Source of the DNA: Girardia tigrina
Taxonomy: Eukaryota
Assembly (NCBI GenBank): GCA_001938485.1
Contig: MQRK01203012.1
Span: 1 to 64,000, forward strand
Length of the DNA: 64,000 nt
Direction of reading: 5' to 3'
Shown: piece by piece, positions 14,401-28,740 of the stretch
Numbering within the stretch: the stretch's first letter is position 1
How the letters are laid out: every line of letters starts with the position of its first letter
Program-made: the position numbers and the translations under genes
The notes under the pieces: generated by a model
The model's input: only the letters and a program-made list of their open reading frames with translations
What the model was told of the DNA's origin: nothing
The model's database searches: none

Positions 14401-17400
14401 GATGCAATTCTTTGGATTCACGAACGTTAGTTGTTTATTTTTCCCCTCGATCCCAAGCCTGTCTCCTAACACCGGAATGTCGCGGCCACACAACCGCTGA
14501 ACCCGCTCTGCATTACAATCGAAGCCATTGGCCAGAGCGCTTAAGGAATGACAAATGTACAACATGTGGCTCCCGTACGACCGGAAAAAGTAATGTTACT
14601 TCATTTGCATGTTAAGCTTGCCATTTTCAAAATTTTCTTCAAAGTTTTGGATTCAGAGGGAGAGCTAATGAAAACACTAAAGAATATTTTCCCGCGATTA
14701 TCAGCAACCAAAATAAAAAAAGGCGTTTTTTTCAGCCAGATACCAAAAAATTAATGAAAAGTCAGTAATTTTAAGATGTATTATCCCAGTGTAATTGCGT
14801 GCCTGCAATGTTATTAAAAAGTGTGTGTGTAGAACTTTCTTTTTATTTTTCCATACTTTCATCTCTTGATCAACATACATACAAAATGAATAAATCGTAT
14901 TGGCTATATATTTTTATTTTTGTCTCAGGTAAACATCGATCTCTTGATTATCAAGATATAGCTTCAAAATGTTGAATGCATTTAAATAGATGAAGGTGAT
15001 TATGTCTCCGAAAATTCACTTTCTAAAAAGTCATATTGACTTTTTCCCATCTGAGACAGATGAGCATGGTTAACGATTTCAACAGGCCCTTTCAACACTG
15101 GAATATCGATATCAAGGAAAAGCAGATCCTAGAAGGATGGCTAACTATTGTTAGATGATTTGCAGTTCCTAAAATATGAATTTTTTTGTCAAAAGTGCTG
15201 CCTTACCGTTTTGCGACTTCGGGTTTTCGCATATTTTTAAAGAAAATAAAACATAAGATAACAAAATATCTGGACGTGTAGAAGAAAAAGTGACTTTCAT
15301 ATTCGTCTTCAGCTTCAAATTCTGGATATAATAAACGTAAAGACTTCTTTGTCTAAAATAAAAAGTTCAAATTTGTTATTTGAAAAATGCATAACTAGAA
15401 AGCAGAAGCAAAGTTAAAGATAAAAAATCAAGAAAAAAACAAAAAAATACATAAAATAAAATATTTTACTCGAATAAAAATAAAATTGATAAAAATAAAA
15501 TCAAAAAGAAACAAAAAAAATACTGAAAGTTATCCAAGAGTATGTGATGAAAAATATATCCAAAATTATTTAGAGATAATGTAAAATAGGGAGAATAATA
15601 AAAAATGTTACGAGACATTATTATTAATAAGACATCGCGTCGGAATTTGTTGAGAAAAGTATAAATCAATAGACAATATAGGCATATGTACACCTTAGTG
15701 TCATAGATGATAGAGAATAAAAAGATAATATATTATTCATTTTACAAACGGGTCCGGATAACTCGATTTCGGATAACTCAATCATTTAGTTAACTCGATT
15801 TATTGTGGTTGTCCTGACTGAGGACCAGACATTTACGTAGTCGTAACACCGGATAAACTACTTTACTCGATATAATCAATGAAAAGTATGAGCATTTGAG
15901 AGACCATTATTAATTTTGTTTAAAAAGACATTATGGGATAAAAATAATAATGAAACATTCTACTTATTTAAAGATTTTAAGAATTGAAATGATCTCACTT
16001 CGCTTTTTGAAATGTTACTTAATTGATTGTAAAATTTTATTAATAATGATTCACAGAACTATTGCTTGATTTGTAAACCAAAGTAATTCTGTAAAAAGGA
16101 AAACATTCTTTGATTAAGAACCTTAATCGATCGCCTCGATTGGGAATGCTCACATATTTTGGTTTTGAAATAACGAAGAACTGATTCGGTTGGTAAACAA
16201 TTATAGCTGAATATGATAAATCGACGTGCTAGGAATGAAATGTTTCAGATTTTAAATGATTGTAAATTATAGATTTAAAAAACGTTTTACTGATAATTAG
16301 AAAAAATAGTAAACAGCTCCCTTAAGAGCCCAAAATCATTATTATGAGATTATTTTAAACGTTCAAATGAGTGCATTTCCTATACTAGATAGTGAGGAAC
16401 CCAAAACAATTTTATATATTCATATTTTTTCTTTCAAGTAAGAATTTCTCGCTCATAACTCCCAATGGTTAGTCACTCATAAATTTTTAATAAATTTTGA
16501 AAAATTTTCCTATATGGTAATCATTCATCCGTGATATCATCTTCTATCAAAATAAAAAAGAGCGGAATGAATACTCTTAATACTCTTGTATTGACTAGAA
16601 AAATATCTATTATTATAATTTTATAAATTGATCATACATTATTAATGAATCAAACAAAACGTCTCTGTTTTTATTTATACTTTGTTTTATAATAATTTTT
16701 TTATTCTGTTGACATTTTTCTAAGATTAAACACTGTCATCTCTCGACGGATAAGATGATATGAAGGATAAACAGAATTTCTCCAATCACAAACTCCTACC
16801 TAATCCAAAGTGATAAGATAATATTTATTTGTTTTAATGAAATACAAATATTTTTAATTAATAATAATTGATTCACTTAATATATTAACTCATTTTGCTA
16901 AAAAAAACATTATAAATCATTTATATTTTCTCATTAATAATAATAATACTAATAATATAAATATATAGTTATGAGTTGGTTATTCGAACAATAAATACAT
17001 AGAAAATAAATATATAAAATCAATAATAAATAAAGCAATAAAACAAAAAAAATCGTTTGAAAATTAAACAAAGATTTATTTGTTGAATATTATTTCATAA
17101 TTTTTTTGCAAAATTTTTAGTTTATATATTAAAATTTTACAAAATATGTTTTGCTTTGCAATTTCACTAAATTTCCATATAAATATTTCAGATATTTAAA
17201 TTTTATAAAGACAATATTCTCTTTAAATACAAAAAGTATTTTTTAAAGAGCCAAGTCATGCCTTTTTGTCACAATTTTGCGTTCAAGGACGCAAACCAAG
17301 TTCATAATGCAATATTCTTTGATCTAATCATTTACGACATAAGAACGTGCGATTTTGAGTTTGAAATGTCAAAATCATACTTTACAACATGTCTTCTGTG

Positions 17401-20400
17401 CAAGAAGTTCTTTATAAGCTTAAACAAACATTCAACGAAATTCAATACCAGTTGTCTTCAAAAGAAAAAAACAATTCGAGAAAACGAATCTAATTTCTTT
17501 AAAATTTATAAATTTTCTTTACTGCTAAATCTAGAAACATAACCTTATTTACATGGAATAACATTATGGGAGTAAAAACTATATCTGATACATTGTTCAG
17601 TCACTACTGTAGCAAAATGGTAAAAAAATATTCAGTCACAAAAACAGGATCCCAAGAAAAACTCTTCAACAAATATTCGAAAAAGTGATAACAATTTCAA
17701 TGAAATGTCTGAAGTCTGTGAACTTCTGTAAAGTACCATATCAACCTAAGACAAAAAAGAGTTATTGGTGTTGTTAGCTTCGATGATAATGGAGTAATAC
17801 CAAATTATTTCTTTAAACAGAATTGTTCGGATTGTGAGCAATGATTGAAGTCATGAAAACCAAAACTTTATTTCTATCACAATTAACAATTATTCAAATT
17901 TTTATTGAGGAATTTTTATTTTGTTTTCTTTCCGAACAGATTGTTTATAAGTAAAAATACTTTATTATAAATACCGATATGTTATTCTTTAAAATTGCTA
18001 TTTTTCGAATTGAATTTATTATTTTTTTAATTACAATAATTTTACAGAATAACATTTCAATATTTAATTTAAAACTATTTTCAACATATAATTGAAATAC
18101 AAAAAATTAATTTACAATATTTAAATTTATTATTATAATATTATTATATTATTATGTCTGTTTTTTTTAAAAAACAACTTTTTTGAAAATTAATTATTTA
18201 TCAAATTTTTTAAAGTTACAAAATTTCAAATAATTTTAATATTTAAACAATTATCTGTTTTAAAAATTACATTTTTAGCAATTAAAATTTTATTAATTTA
18301 TTTTTGAGAATTACTTTTTAAAATTAATTAGAGATATTTTAATTATAATTTTTTTCAAGAACTTTTGATTTTAGATATTTGCTTATTTTAAGTATTCAAA
18401 AATTTTAAGAGTGCGCCAGATCCTCACAAGAACTATATGAGAAAATTACATGGAAAGGTTCAGCAAAAGGTGAACCAAAACAATGTCTGAATTAAATAAA
18501 TATAATCAGTTATATCAAATTACAGATTTACGGTTGTTCACACTTAAGTTAAACTGATGATACTCTATCAAAAATTATGCCAGTCTAAATCAGTATAACC
18601 CAAATACTTCATTTTTGCAATCAAATTTTCAATTTTCTGAATTTTTAATTAAAAAATCAAATGTTTTTGATACAAATTTACTCAATTTTCGTATTATTTT
18701 TTCGAAAAAAATTGTTATAAATGTTATAAAAACAAAATATTAATAATGACAATGATTATTCTTGTCATTAATGAAGTAATAAAAATCTATTAAATGTTAT
18801 CATAATAAATAAAAAATAATATAAAATGAATTTTCAGAATCGAATTGTCTACTTAATAATTAAAAACAAAATATATTTAGTAAAAATTATTAATGAGTGA
18901 ATGTATAATCACTCCAGAATATTTTATATCATACCTGGTTTTTGGCTCGTTGACACATCTGAAGGATATTATCTTCGTGGTCCTGGACTCCGGAAAGCTC
19001 ACTATATTTTAAAACATAAATCTATTAAATAATTAAAGAAAGAAATTTCAATTTAAAATTCTGCATTATCAAATTTTATTTTGGAAGGATACTTTGGCAA
19101 ATCTGAAGCTTTTAATTGTGAAAAAATGTTTAGCAAATGTTAAATTTTAATGATAATTAAATCCAAATATTTCATTAAAATGTATTGAAAGATTTAAAAT
19201 GTTGGGTTATAATCTAAAATCCAACTAGGATCCAAAGACATAATCAAAGTACAGTATAATGGGACATCACAAAATAATTAGAATATGTTAAAATGGAATA
19301 ATTGTTGTAAATTTGGAGTTGCGACAATTAAATATTCAGTTAATTATTCTTGTTAGAATAAAAGTATCCTTTAGGGATTCGAAATAAAGCAGATTTATAA
19401 ATTCAGAGATAATAATTAATAATTTTCTCGTAATAGTAATTATAAATTCATAAAAAAACACTAAAATGATTAAATTTTTATTTACTCAAAATATTTAACA
19501 AATACTTAAATATTTAGATAATATAAAAAAAACATTTCATTATCAACAAACGTTGGTAAAATGTTTGAGCTGTGGAAATAGATTTAGAAGAACTTCTTCT
19601 TTGGAACTTTTTAGTAAATTATAGTTAAGTTTAAGTGAAGAAAAATATTTTTATTCGAAATAAAATAATATAGTGAAAACTATTGAATAATAGTTATTTA
19701 TATGAGGAGTTAGTGAAAATTTCATCTCAAAAAGTTTTTTAGAAAATTTAAATTTAATATTATAATCTCAAAAATAAAAAAAACAAACTAAATTCAAAAA
19801 TCCCAAAATCATAAAAAAATATTATAAGAAAATAAGTTTTTTAAAATTAAAAAAATTAAAGAATATTGATTCAAACTTGTTAAAACATATATCGAAATTT
19901 TAAAACAATATATTATAAAGATAATAAAACAAAAAGAACCAATGTATTACTGGAAATAAATATCAGTTCGTGTGTATAAATTATATTTTATTTTAATAAT
20001 AATAATAATAAATTAAATTATTCAAACATTGACAAACATGAAAAACTACATAACTCAAAAGACAAATAAAAAAACAGCTTTCATGGAGAAATAATGATCG
20101 TACCACTTTTTTCGATTAACTACTAAAAAAATTAACTGATACTGTTGGGTTTGGGAATATATTCTGATGAGAATTCAGATAAAGACATTTTTTGAAACTT
20201 TTATTTTCTAACAATAATATAAAAATTATTTAAACAAGTTTTGTCTAAGTAAATTTCTGAGGAACGATTTTTAATTTTTCTTTATCAAAACAATAATATC
20301 AAAATAATTGTAAATATAAATATAAATTTATAATTTTAAAAATTTTGTATTGTATTTAATTTTATAAAACTTTTTAATATAACTGTTTAAATTATAAAAA

Positions 20401-23400
20401 TAAACTATTTTCAAATATTTGATAAATTAATTGTGTATTTAATTTTGTATTTTTAATGTTGTATTTTCTTTTGAATGAAAATTTTATAAAACTTCGTTAA
20501 TTTTTAATATTTATTATGATATTTATTTTTCTTCTAATTGTATTTACATTATAAAAGTTTATTAAATTCTATTTAACTATTCTTAAGATCTTATATTTAA
20601 TTCGTTTTCAAATCTATTTAATTTACAAATTTCATTACTTTAAATTTTATCTAAAAAATTTCTTTTTAAATATTATTATTATTGTAACGTTATACCACAT
20701 TTTATCGTCTTTACTTATATTACAATAAATTTCTATTTTTGATTTTATACTTTAATATTAATTTAAAAATGTTTAAGTGAAAAATTAAAGAGTTTCCCAA
20801 AATCCTCACAAATACCAGAAGAAAAAATTATCCGGATTTCAAATAGAAAAATAAAACATGCCATATGAAAATGAAATCTTAGTGAAATAACCTACTCTAC
20901 AAAAGAGAATATGCACATAGACACATATTGGTGAGGAAAATTAAATGTTTGACCGAACATTTTGCCAGTTTAGAAAAGATTATATAAATAAATTTAAGTA
21001 AAAAAAATATAATTCGAAAATTAAATTAAAGTAATTGAAGTTCGGTAAAATGTTAAATAATAATAATTAAGATAATTTAAATAAATTAAATAAGATAAGT
21101 AAAAATATCATTTAATTAAATTAAAGAATCATAAATAAATAAGCTAAATAAATGAATAAAAAAATTAACAAAATGATAAAGAATTAAATTAAAGAAAAAT
21201 CTAATTGGAAAATAAAAAAAAATTAAAATTGATGACCTTGAAAGGAAAATTTGTTTTAAATCATCTAGTGAAAATCATAGTAATGTACGATAATATTAAA
21301 TCGAATTAAATAAATAAATTAATTAAAACAAATAAATCAATTTCAATGTACAGTTAAAAAAATTCGTGCAAAATGGTGAAAATAATGTTATCGAATTTTC
21401 TTCAATTGTTAAAAAATGTGGTCACAATTAAAATAAAGTTTAAAATGTCTTTGTTGATTTGATCTCAGAATTTGAAATAATGCGTCCTAAAATTGTGCCT
21501 TTGTTATGCGGATCGTTTAATTTAATTACAAATATGCATTTGAGAATGTTCGACGATTCTGATGATTTGATTCCTGTGGATAAACGACTAAAATTAGAAG
21601 TCGATGTTTCTGATGATTCTTCTCATCATGACCTTTTAATCAAAAAAGACACGGTTTCTGCAACACATATAGTTATTATTTATATTTTCATTAAATATTT
21701 GTGTGAGAAGTGGTTGCAACCTCAATATCAGGATTCATTTTTTAAACACCAAAATTTATTTATATAACAATTCACATCTTTAAAACAAATTTTCCTGTTA
21801 ATTTAATTTAATTATCACGACCCAAATTAATCTATTAAAATCTTTTCGATTTCATTTTTAAAATCCTGAAACTTTATTTCGAAAATTATTTAAACTTTAT
21901 TTTCATAATTTATTTCAAAGTTTTTTAAAATTACTTATTAAAAATATTTTTATTTATAAATAAATATTTAATATTTTTGTTTTCTTGATATTTTTAATTN
22001 NNNNNNNNNNNNNNNNNNNNNNNNNNNNNNNNNNNNNNNNNNNNNNNNNTCTTTTATTATATCATTTTTAATTTTTTTTAAATATTTAAGAACACATTAA
22101 AAAATATTTTATTTTTAAAAACGTTTTTGATTTTTTAATAGTTGTTTTATTATATCATTTTTAATTTTCAAATATTGAATAAGCATATTAACATAACAAT
22201 ATTTTACCCTTTAAATTAAAAAAATAATAAATTATTCAGGCGAGATAAAAATTTAAATTAACCCCTCATAATTTGAATGTCATAATAATCACATCATAGT
22301 AATTTCTTAATTGATAAGTGATTTTTTGTTGTTTTTATAGTTATTAATTTTAACTGATTTTTTTTAAAAACATGAATAAATAAACCTTGAAGCATCGTGT
22401 TTTAATTACTTTCTAGTTCCACAAATTACGACCAGCCACAGACATCGTCATATAATTCAAATAAAGGCTTGGGTCTTATCACAAAATTAATGGAATGAAC
22501 ACGCGCATATACAGTAAAATCAAAGAAATTAGAAAAAAATGAATAATTTAGAAGAAAAAGCATGTCGATCAGAAGAGAACTCTAAACGCTACAAATTATT
22601 TTTAAGAAAACTTTGGGCCAAACGAAAGAAAAATTGCAAGAGTGCTTAAATCAAAAGATCATTGTTTATTAAATTTTAATTAAATCAGTCGATTTTCTAA
22701 CAAGATAATCGTTTATCAAACGACAAGACTTTGCTAAGACTCCATTGGATTGGGTGTCTAAACGAAAGCCGAATGTGGTCTTTGATCACTATATTCTGTT
22801 GTAACCCTTTTGGGGTTACTTGAAGGATAAAATTTATTGTAATTAACGATCAAAGATCTAAGTGGTGATTGAACATGCAATTAAAGAACTTCATCCTGAA
22901 ATATTAAAAAAAACTATAAAAACATGGAAAACCGATTTTGTTATGCTAATAGTCCTGAAACAATCTCAAATTCAATCAATGTAAACCAACTGAAATGCCG
23001 CTGACCAAACGATATTGTGAGAGAATTGACGAATTCTACTTCAGAAGGAATGTGATCCATTAAATTCCATTTTAAGACTTTAATTTCACTTATGTTATGC
23101 AAATATTACATAAATAATTGTTCTTATTTTATCTATTATAATAAAAAATATTTTCTTGTTTAAAAATTAAAGATGATTATTTTGATTTACAAAAACATTT
23201 CAGAGAATGACAGTTTTATTTCATTACTTTGGCAGTTTGTGAACGTTATCTGATAAATATTTTTTTCTGTTTTTGGTCTGGTTCCATATATACTTGTATA
23301 TATTTGTCATTTTTTAGATAAAAATCTGTGTAACTGTCAAGATAAACCTATTGATAAATGTTTTTAAGATCCATGATATTAATTTGTATATCCATAAGGA

Positions 23401-24091
23401 CTTGACTAAATTAACGCGACAAGTTATCATAACCCACCAGAAGCATATTCAGACCAATTACTGTTCATTTGGTCTTGTTTTTTTTCTGTTAAAGTTGTTG
23501 AGCTATAGTTTGTTGATAGATAGAATAATTATCTAAATTTTATTTCTCTAATTATCAATTTTATGTCTTTATGACTATTCAGATCAGGTCAGACATGAAT
23601 GTCTACAACAGATACCATGCAAACATGTACTACATGTCACATGGTCGTATGGTTGGCCACTAAACCAACTCCCTCACCCAGAGCAACATGAATGAATATG
23701 GTACCTGGACACCAAACAGGATGAAAAACAAAACCTATCAAAGGGCGAATGAGCTTCTTAGAGCAACAGCCATTCATACCAGAATAGAAGATAGGCACCA
23801 ACAGGTTATTTTCCTACAGAGACACTCAAAATTATGATAAATCCAAGGCATAAGGCTTGTGCATAATTAGGTGCACCCACGACTTTGGGCCAAAAACAAG
23901 TCCTTTAAAGAAGATAATACATCGTGAACAAGATAAAATTCCAAAGAAACTCTAATTGATCAACGTTTTATTAAGTATCACTTTCTTTTCTCAAGACTTC
24001 TTCACAGATGGAAATGGGGCTTAAATATTAAAATTAATTTAATTTAACCGTGCAGCTTTTTAAAAATTATTTTTTAAAAAGAAAACTTTTA

Positions 24092-24124
<33 letters not shown>

Positions 24125-27100
24125 TATATATAATTTTTTAATTTAAACCTTCTGATAAATATGATAATCAAACAATGTTTTTAATTCATAGAAATCCCCA
24201 TAGTCATTTGTATATTAAACATATCTCCGAATTCAACTTTAAGTTGAAAAAGAATTGTAAAAAATGTCTTTAAATATAAAATACTATAAAACTTCCAATA
24301 AACCCCATGGATGATTATTCTATTTTTTTAAAAAAGTTCGAAAAACAAGGAAATGGATGGATTATTAGAAATTTTTAAAAATCAAAAAAATTTAGAAAAT
24401 CTAATTTATTCATCATTTTTTGAATAGCTAGATTGCGAAAAGTCCTGACCATCAAAAACTTGATGATACCTACTAGCACAATATTTTGTTCTAAATTTCG
24501 ATACCAAATTGTGCATCTTTGGCAATGAGCAAGCTCATTCCTTCATCTAAGAAACATGAATAAAAACCTTCTATAATCACTTCTTTTGAAAGAGTATCCC
24601 AAGCAATATTTACTCATTTTGAAATCAGCTTGCATGGCGGAGGTTTTATTCTACCAGATTTAGTACACTCATAAACACCAGAAATCATTGAGAAGTTTGG
24701 CCGTGCAGGCTGTCTTTTAATAATTTAAACCAAAAAGCATCCACTGGCTGAAGAGGACTGGTCAAATCGCCCTGGGATTATAAAAAAACAAAATCCTTCT
24801 TTTTTGCAAATGCTCTTTTACCTCTTTGGAAATATGGCATCGAGCACTATCATAAGAAGAAGTTCATTATGTCGTACAGTTACCATGGGGAACATTTAAT
24901 CAATCCACATTTTGAACAATTTCGTGATGACCCAGGATTTAGGAGCTGTAGATTGAACAACTCCATTTTTTGAAGAGATTGATTCTTTTTTCCTTTAAAA
25001 ATAACAGTTAGGAAGTTTTGTTCCCGCTGCAGATGCAGCACAAATACTAGTGATCCTTAATCTGAACATACCAGCTACTACAACAGGGACCTTTTTAGCA
25101 CCAATTTGTTCGATTGTTTTGAAATGATTATCTTCGATAAAAATTGCCGTTTCATCAAAATTATAAATATTTTTTGGTAAAATCTTGTATTCGATGATGA
25201 TGCGTTTGAGATGAATAATAAAGCTTAATCTTCTTTTGATCACTTCATCATCATCTAAGCTACATATTTTGTTAGCTTTTTCTGATTGTTAACTGGTTTC
25301 TCCAAAGAAATTTATCTAGCCAACCAGTTGAAGCCTCAAATATTGAATGATCCAATTCCAAAGCAATCTCTTTAGCCCATTGAACAATCATTTTTCTCGA
25401 TACAACTTTTTTTGAAGTTGCTTATCTTGAATTTTTTCAACTAACAAATCATCTAATTCAACACATAACATTTTTTCTTCCAGCGCCATCCAAGCGATAA
25501 CGATCTAGATGTGCACCACGAATAGCCTCCTCGGCAGCAAGCCATTCTGTCAGAGTTTTACAATCTATTTTGATTTGTTTTGCTGTTTGTAGCCTTATAA
25601 TCATTAATTGCTTTTAATTTATATTGGTTGCTATGCTGGTTAGATTTCATTTGGGATCAATAAAATGTTGGGATATGTAAAAATTATTGAAAAAAAACGT
25701 TAATTAAAACAAATATATTGGTTTGTAAATAAACCAATTTTTTAGAATTAAAGTGTAAATAAATCAATTTTATGGTTAATTACAATTTGTTTATTTGTTT
25801 AATAAATATATTAATAATTAAAACGGGGTTTAATATTTTAACGATATTAGTTCATTAATTGATAAACTAAAACTCTTCCCAAATAACACAACAAAAATCA
25901 TTTTTTAAAATCATATTGGACAAAAATTATTTCAAAAATATTCAGCGAGCGGAATTATCCTCGAGAAAAAATTAGATTAGAAAAAATAGCTGTACTGGGG
26001 GATTATTAAAAGTTTGAGAGTAATACTAATACTGTACTTATTGTAAACAGGAAAATTGATCAGAAAATAAGAACAAACCTTGACAATAATGAAACCGTAT
26101 TCTGAAACCTGATCAATTCTTCCGTTAATCTTCTGTCAAGGATCTTTTGAGCAACAATTTTATCATGAAAACTCAAATAATAAATAATTTTATAACAATA
26201 ACAATAAAATGTACTTTTTAATTTTTTCTGGAACCTTTGTAAAAATATTTCTATATCTTTGTCGAATATTAGACAACAGTTCCCCTCGTTCTATACAATC
26301 AACTGTTGTCTGAAATGATTACAAATTATAAAAGATTATACCAAGATCTCCAAGTTTACCTCTTTAATAATTCCATGAAAAATAATGTTATACAAGTCTT
26401 GTTCTTTTTTAACGAATGCAAGTAAATTGTGAAGAGTGGTAGGCATTTTGTAATCTGAAGAATCGTCAAGACCACTTTTTTGAAGAACGTCACTTAAGCT
26501 TTGATAAAGTTTCATCGAATTCGATTGAGTATTAGGCTCCCTTTTAGAAATACAAATAACAATGGTACAACAAGTATTAAATTAAATAAAAATTAAATTA
26601 AATTAAAAATAAATTAAATAAAAAAATGGAAAATCCCTATTTACTGTACTTTTATTGGAAGCCTTGTACTTTACTAATTATTGAAAAATAATGGGAAAGT
26701 CTTAATATCAAATTCAAGCTCAGTGACCCCAGAGGTATATTACATAAGTAGATGGGAATCTCTTGTTAGGTCTGTTAAATATTATTATTTTCTGAAATTG
26801 GTAAAGTTTTGAACCTTGATAAATAAAAGCGAATATATTATAAAAAAGGAATGAATAAAGAATACTAGTGAATCAAGTATATTGAAGAAATAACAGAAAG
26901 AACGACTATGAATCAATAAAAATCAGAAAATGACAAAATGATTGAATAAAATATTTTAAAATACAAAGTTATCACATAATAGTTTTAAATAACTTATAAT
27001 ATCTGAATTTATCTACTGAATCAGATATAGAGTAATCGTTGAATCCCAGAAGATAGATAAATTTCAACATGTTTATGTATTAGAGGTGGGGGGGGGGTAA

Positions 27101-28692
27101 ATAGTAATTTTTTCAAATAAATCATTATAGAGATATTTAAAAAATGATGAAAAATTAATTTTAAAAGTTAAAAAACGTTCGTCATAATTTATTGTAATTA
27201 ATTTCTGCTGAACAATTGTCTTCCTCAGACTAAACTAACAATAATATAGTCATATTTATACTTAAGTATATCAGTAAAATGTTTATGTAATCATTGCGTA
27301 ATTTATAAATCATGAAAATACTTTCAATAAAGTTGAAGAGGATGGTGTTTGTTTTAAAATTTATGTTCACAATTTAATAATTACAAAAATCATTATATAT
27401 TTGTTTGATTTTTTTCGGTAATAAATTACGCTAACACAGTTTGAAATTCATATAATTTTTTGTTTGAAATTAGAGTGTCAGAGTTCTGTAATTTGTTTTG
27501 AAATTTTAAACGTTTTATAGTGTTTTCTATGAAGGACAGTGAAATTATTTCCATTGGAAAATGTACCCAGGTTGAAATGTTGCATGATGAAGGCTTTTAA
27601 TCAAATCAATCTTTCGGTTCAAGGGATAAATTTAATTATGAGAGTAAATTTTTCATTTTGAGAAAAGTTTTGAACGCATAAAATGAAAGAATATTAACTG
27701 AGGTATTATTAATAAGAATTTTAAACATAATTTAAACATCTCAAGTGATAAATCTAATCATATTACAATAATTTAAAATCGATAAACTGATTAAAAGTAA
27801 ATGTTAGTGCGAGAGTGGGTGCAGCGCGGTCGCGGCCATAATGCTCTAGTGATGGGGATGTGGCGACGCTGAAACGAGGGTATGGAGAATGAAAAAGAAT
27901 GTAACCCATTCGATCAACAATCATAATCATTTTGCTCGCCGCTTTTACGAACATCCTTTTCTCATCTTCAAATGTGAAAAACGTCAGCAGTCCCGGCCGA
28001 AAACAATCCAAACTAACTTGGTCGTGCGCCACGTCCATAGACTACTTGAGCCAGTCTGGTACCATACCTGTGATTGGGCAAACAATCGGCGGCCGTTCAC
28101 ACCGCCCATTACTATTATACCACTCGATTATTTTATCGCAGCAAATCGGCAATCTCTTGTTGGGATTCAAGACCACACAGAACAATCCCGAATAATCATA
28201 TGTCAAATTGATAGTTTTATTTATAAAAATTTCAGACTTTTCACAATTTTCACTCACACAGAGAGCCCCAGTATCACTGGAGATTACCAAATCAATTTTC
28301 ACTGAATTATTTTGGTTACCAGAATCATTAATGTTCTGAGAATCTTCAGAACATGCCAAATTATCATTGAATTCATTCATTGAATTATTTTAGTTATGAC
28401 AATTATTAATGCTTTCAAAAAAAATCCTTGTTATGGATGGTGGACGAAATTATAATGATCGTATTTTCCATTAACGAATTGAAATATCTATTTTTTTCTT
28501 TTCGAATGAATTTTATCATGCAATGAAGCAATCAAATCAGAAAGACATTCAATCACGTATTACTATTTTTATTGTTATTTAAAATTGATCAACGTTTTTC
28601 ATTTACAACTGATTTAATTGATTCGGTATAACACATGGAATCAAATCGAATTAAATTTTTTTACATACATTAAAATTCTTTTTTTTACAATT

Positions 28693-28740
<48 letters not shown>

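Noticed and set aside
23345-23410. Candidate AXDND1 exon
   Set aside because: It has an in-frame stop and no similarity; exon 19001-18935 fits the phase and sequence.
23570-23950. GC-richer islands here and at 45760-46140, 47000-47250 and 48010-48560
   Set aside because: Only faint resemblance to Pao or LINE proteins; too decayed to call.
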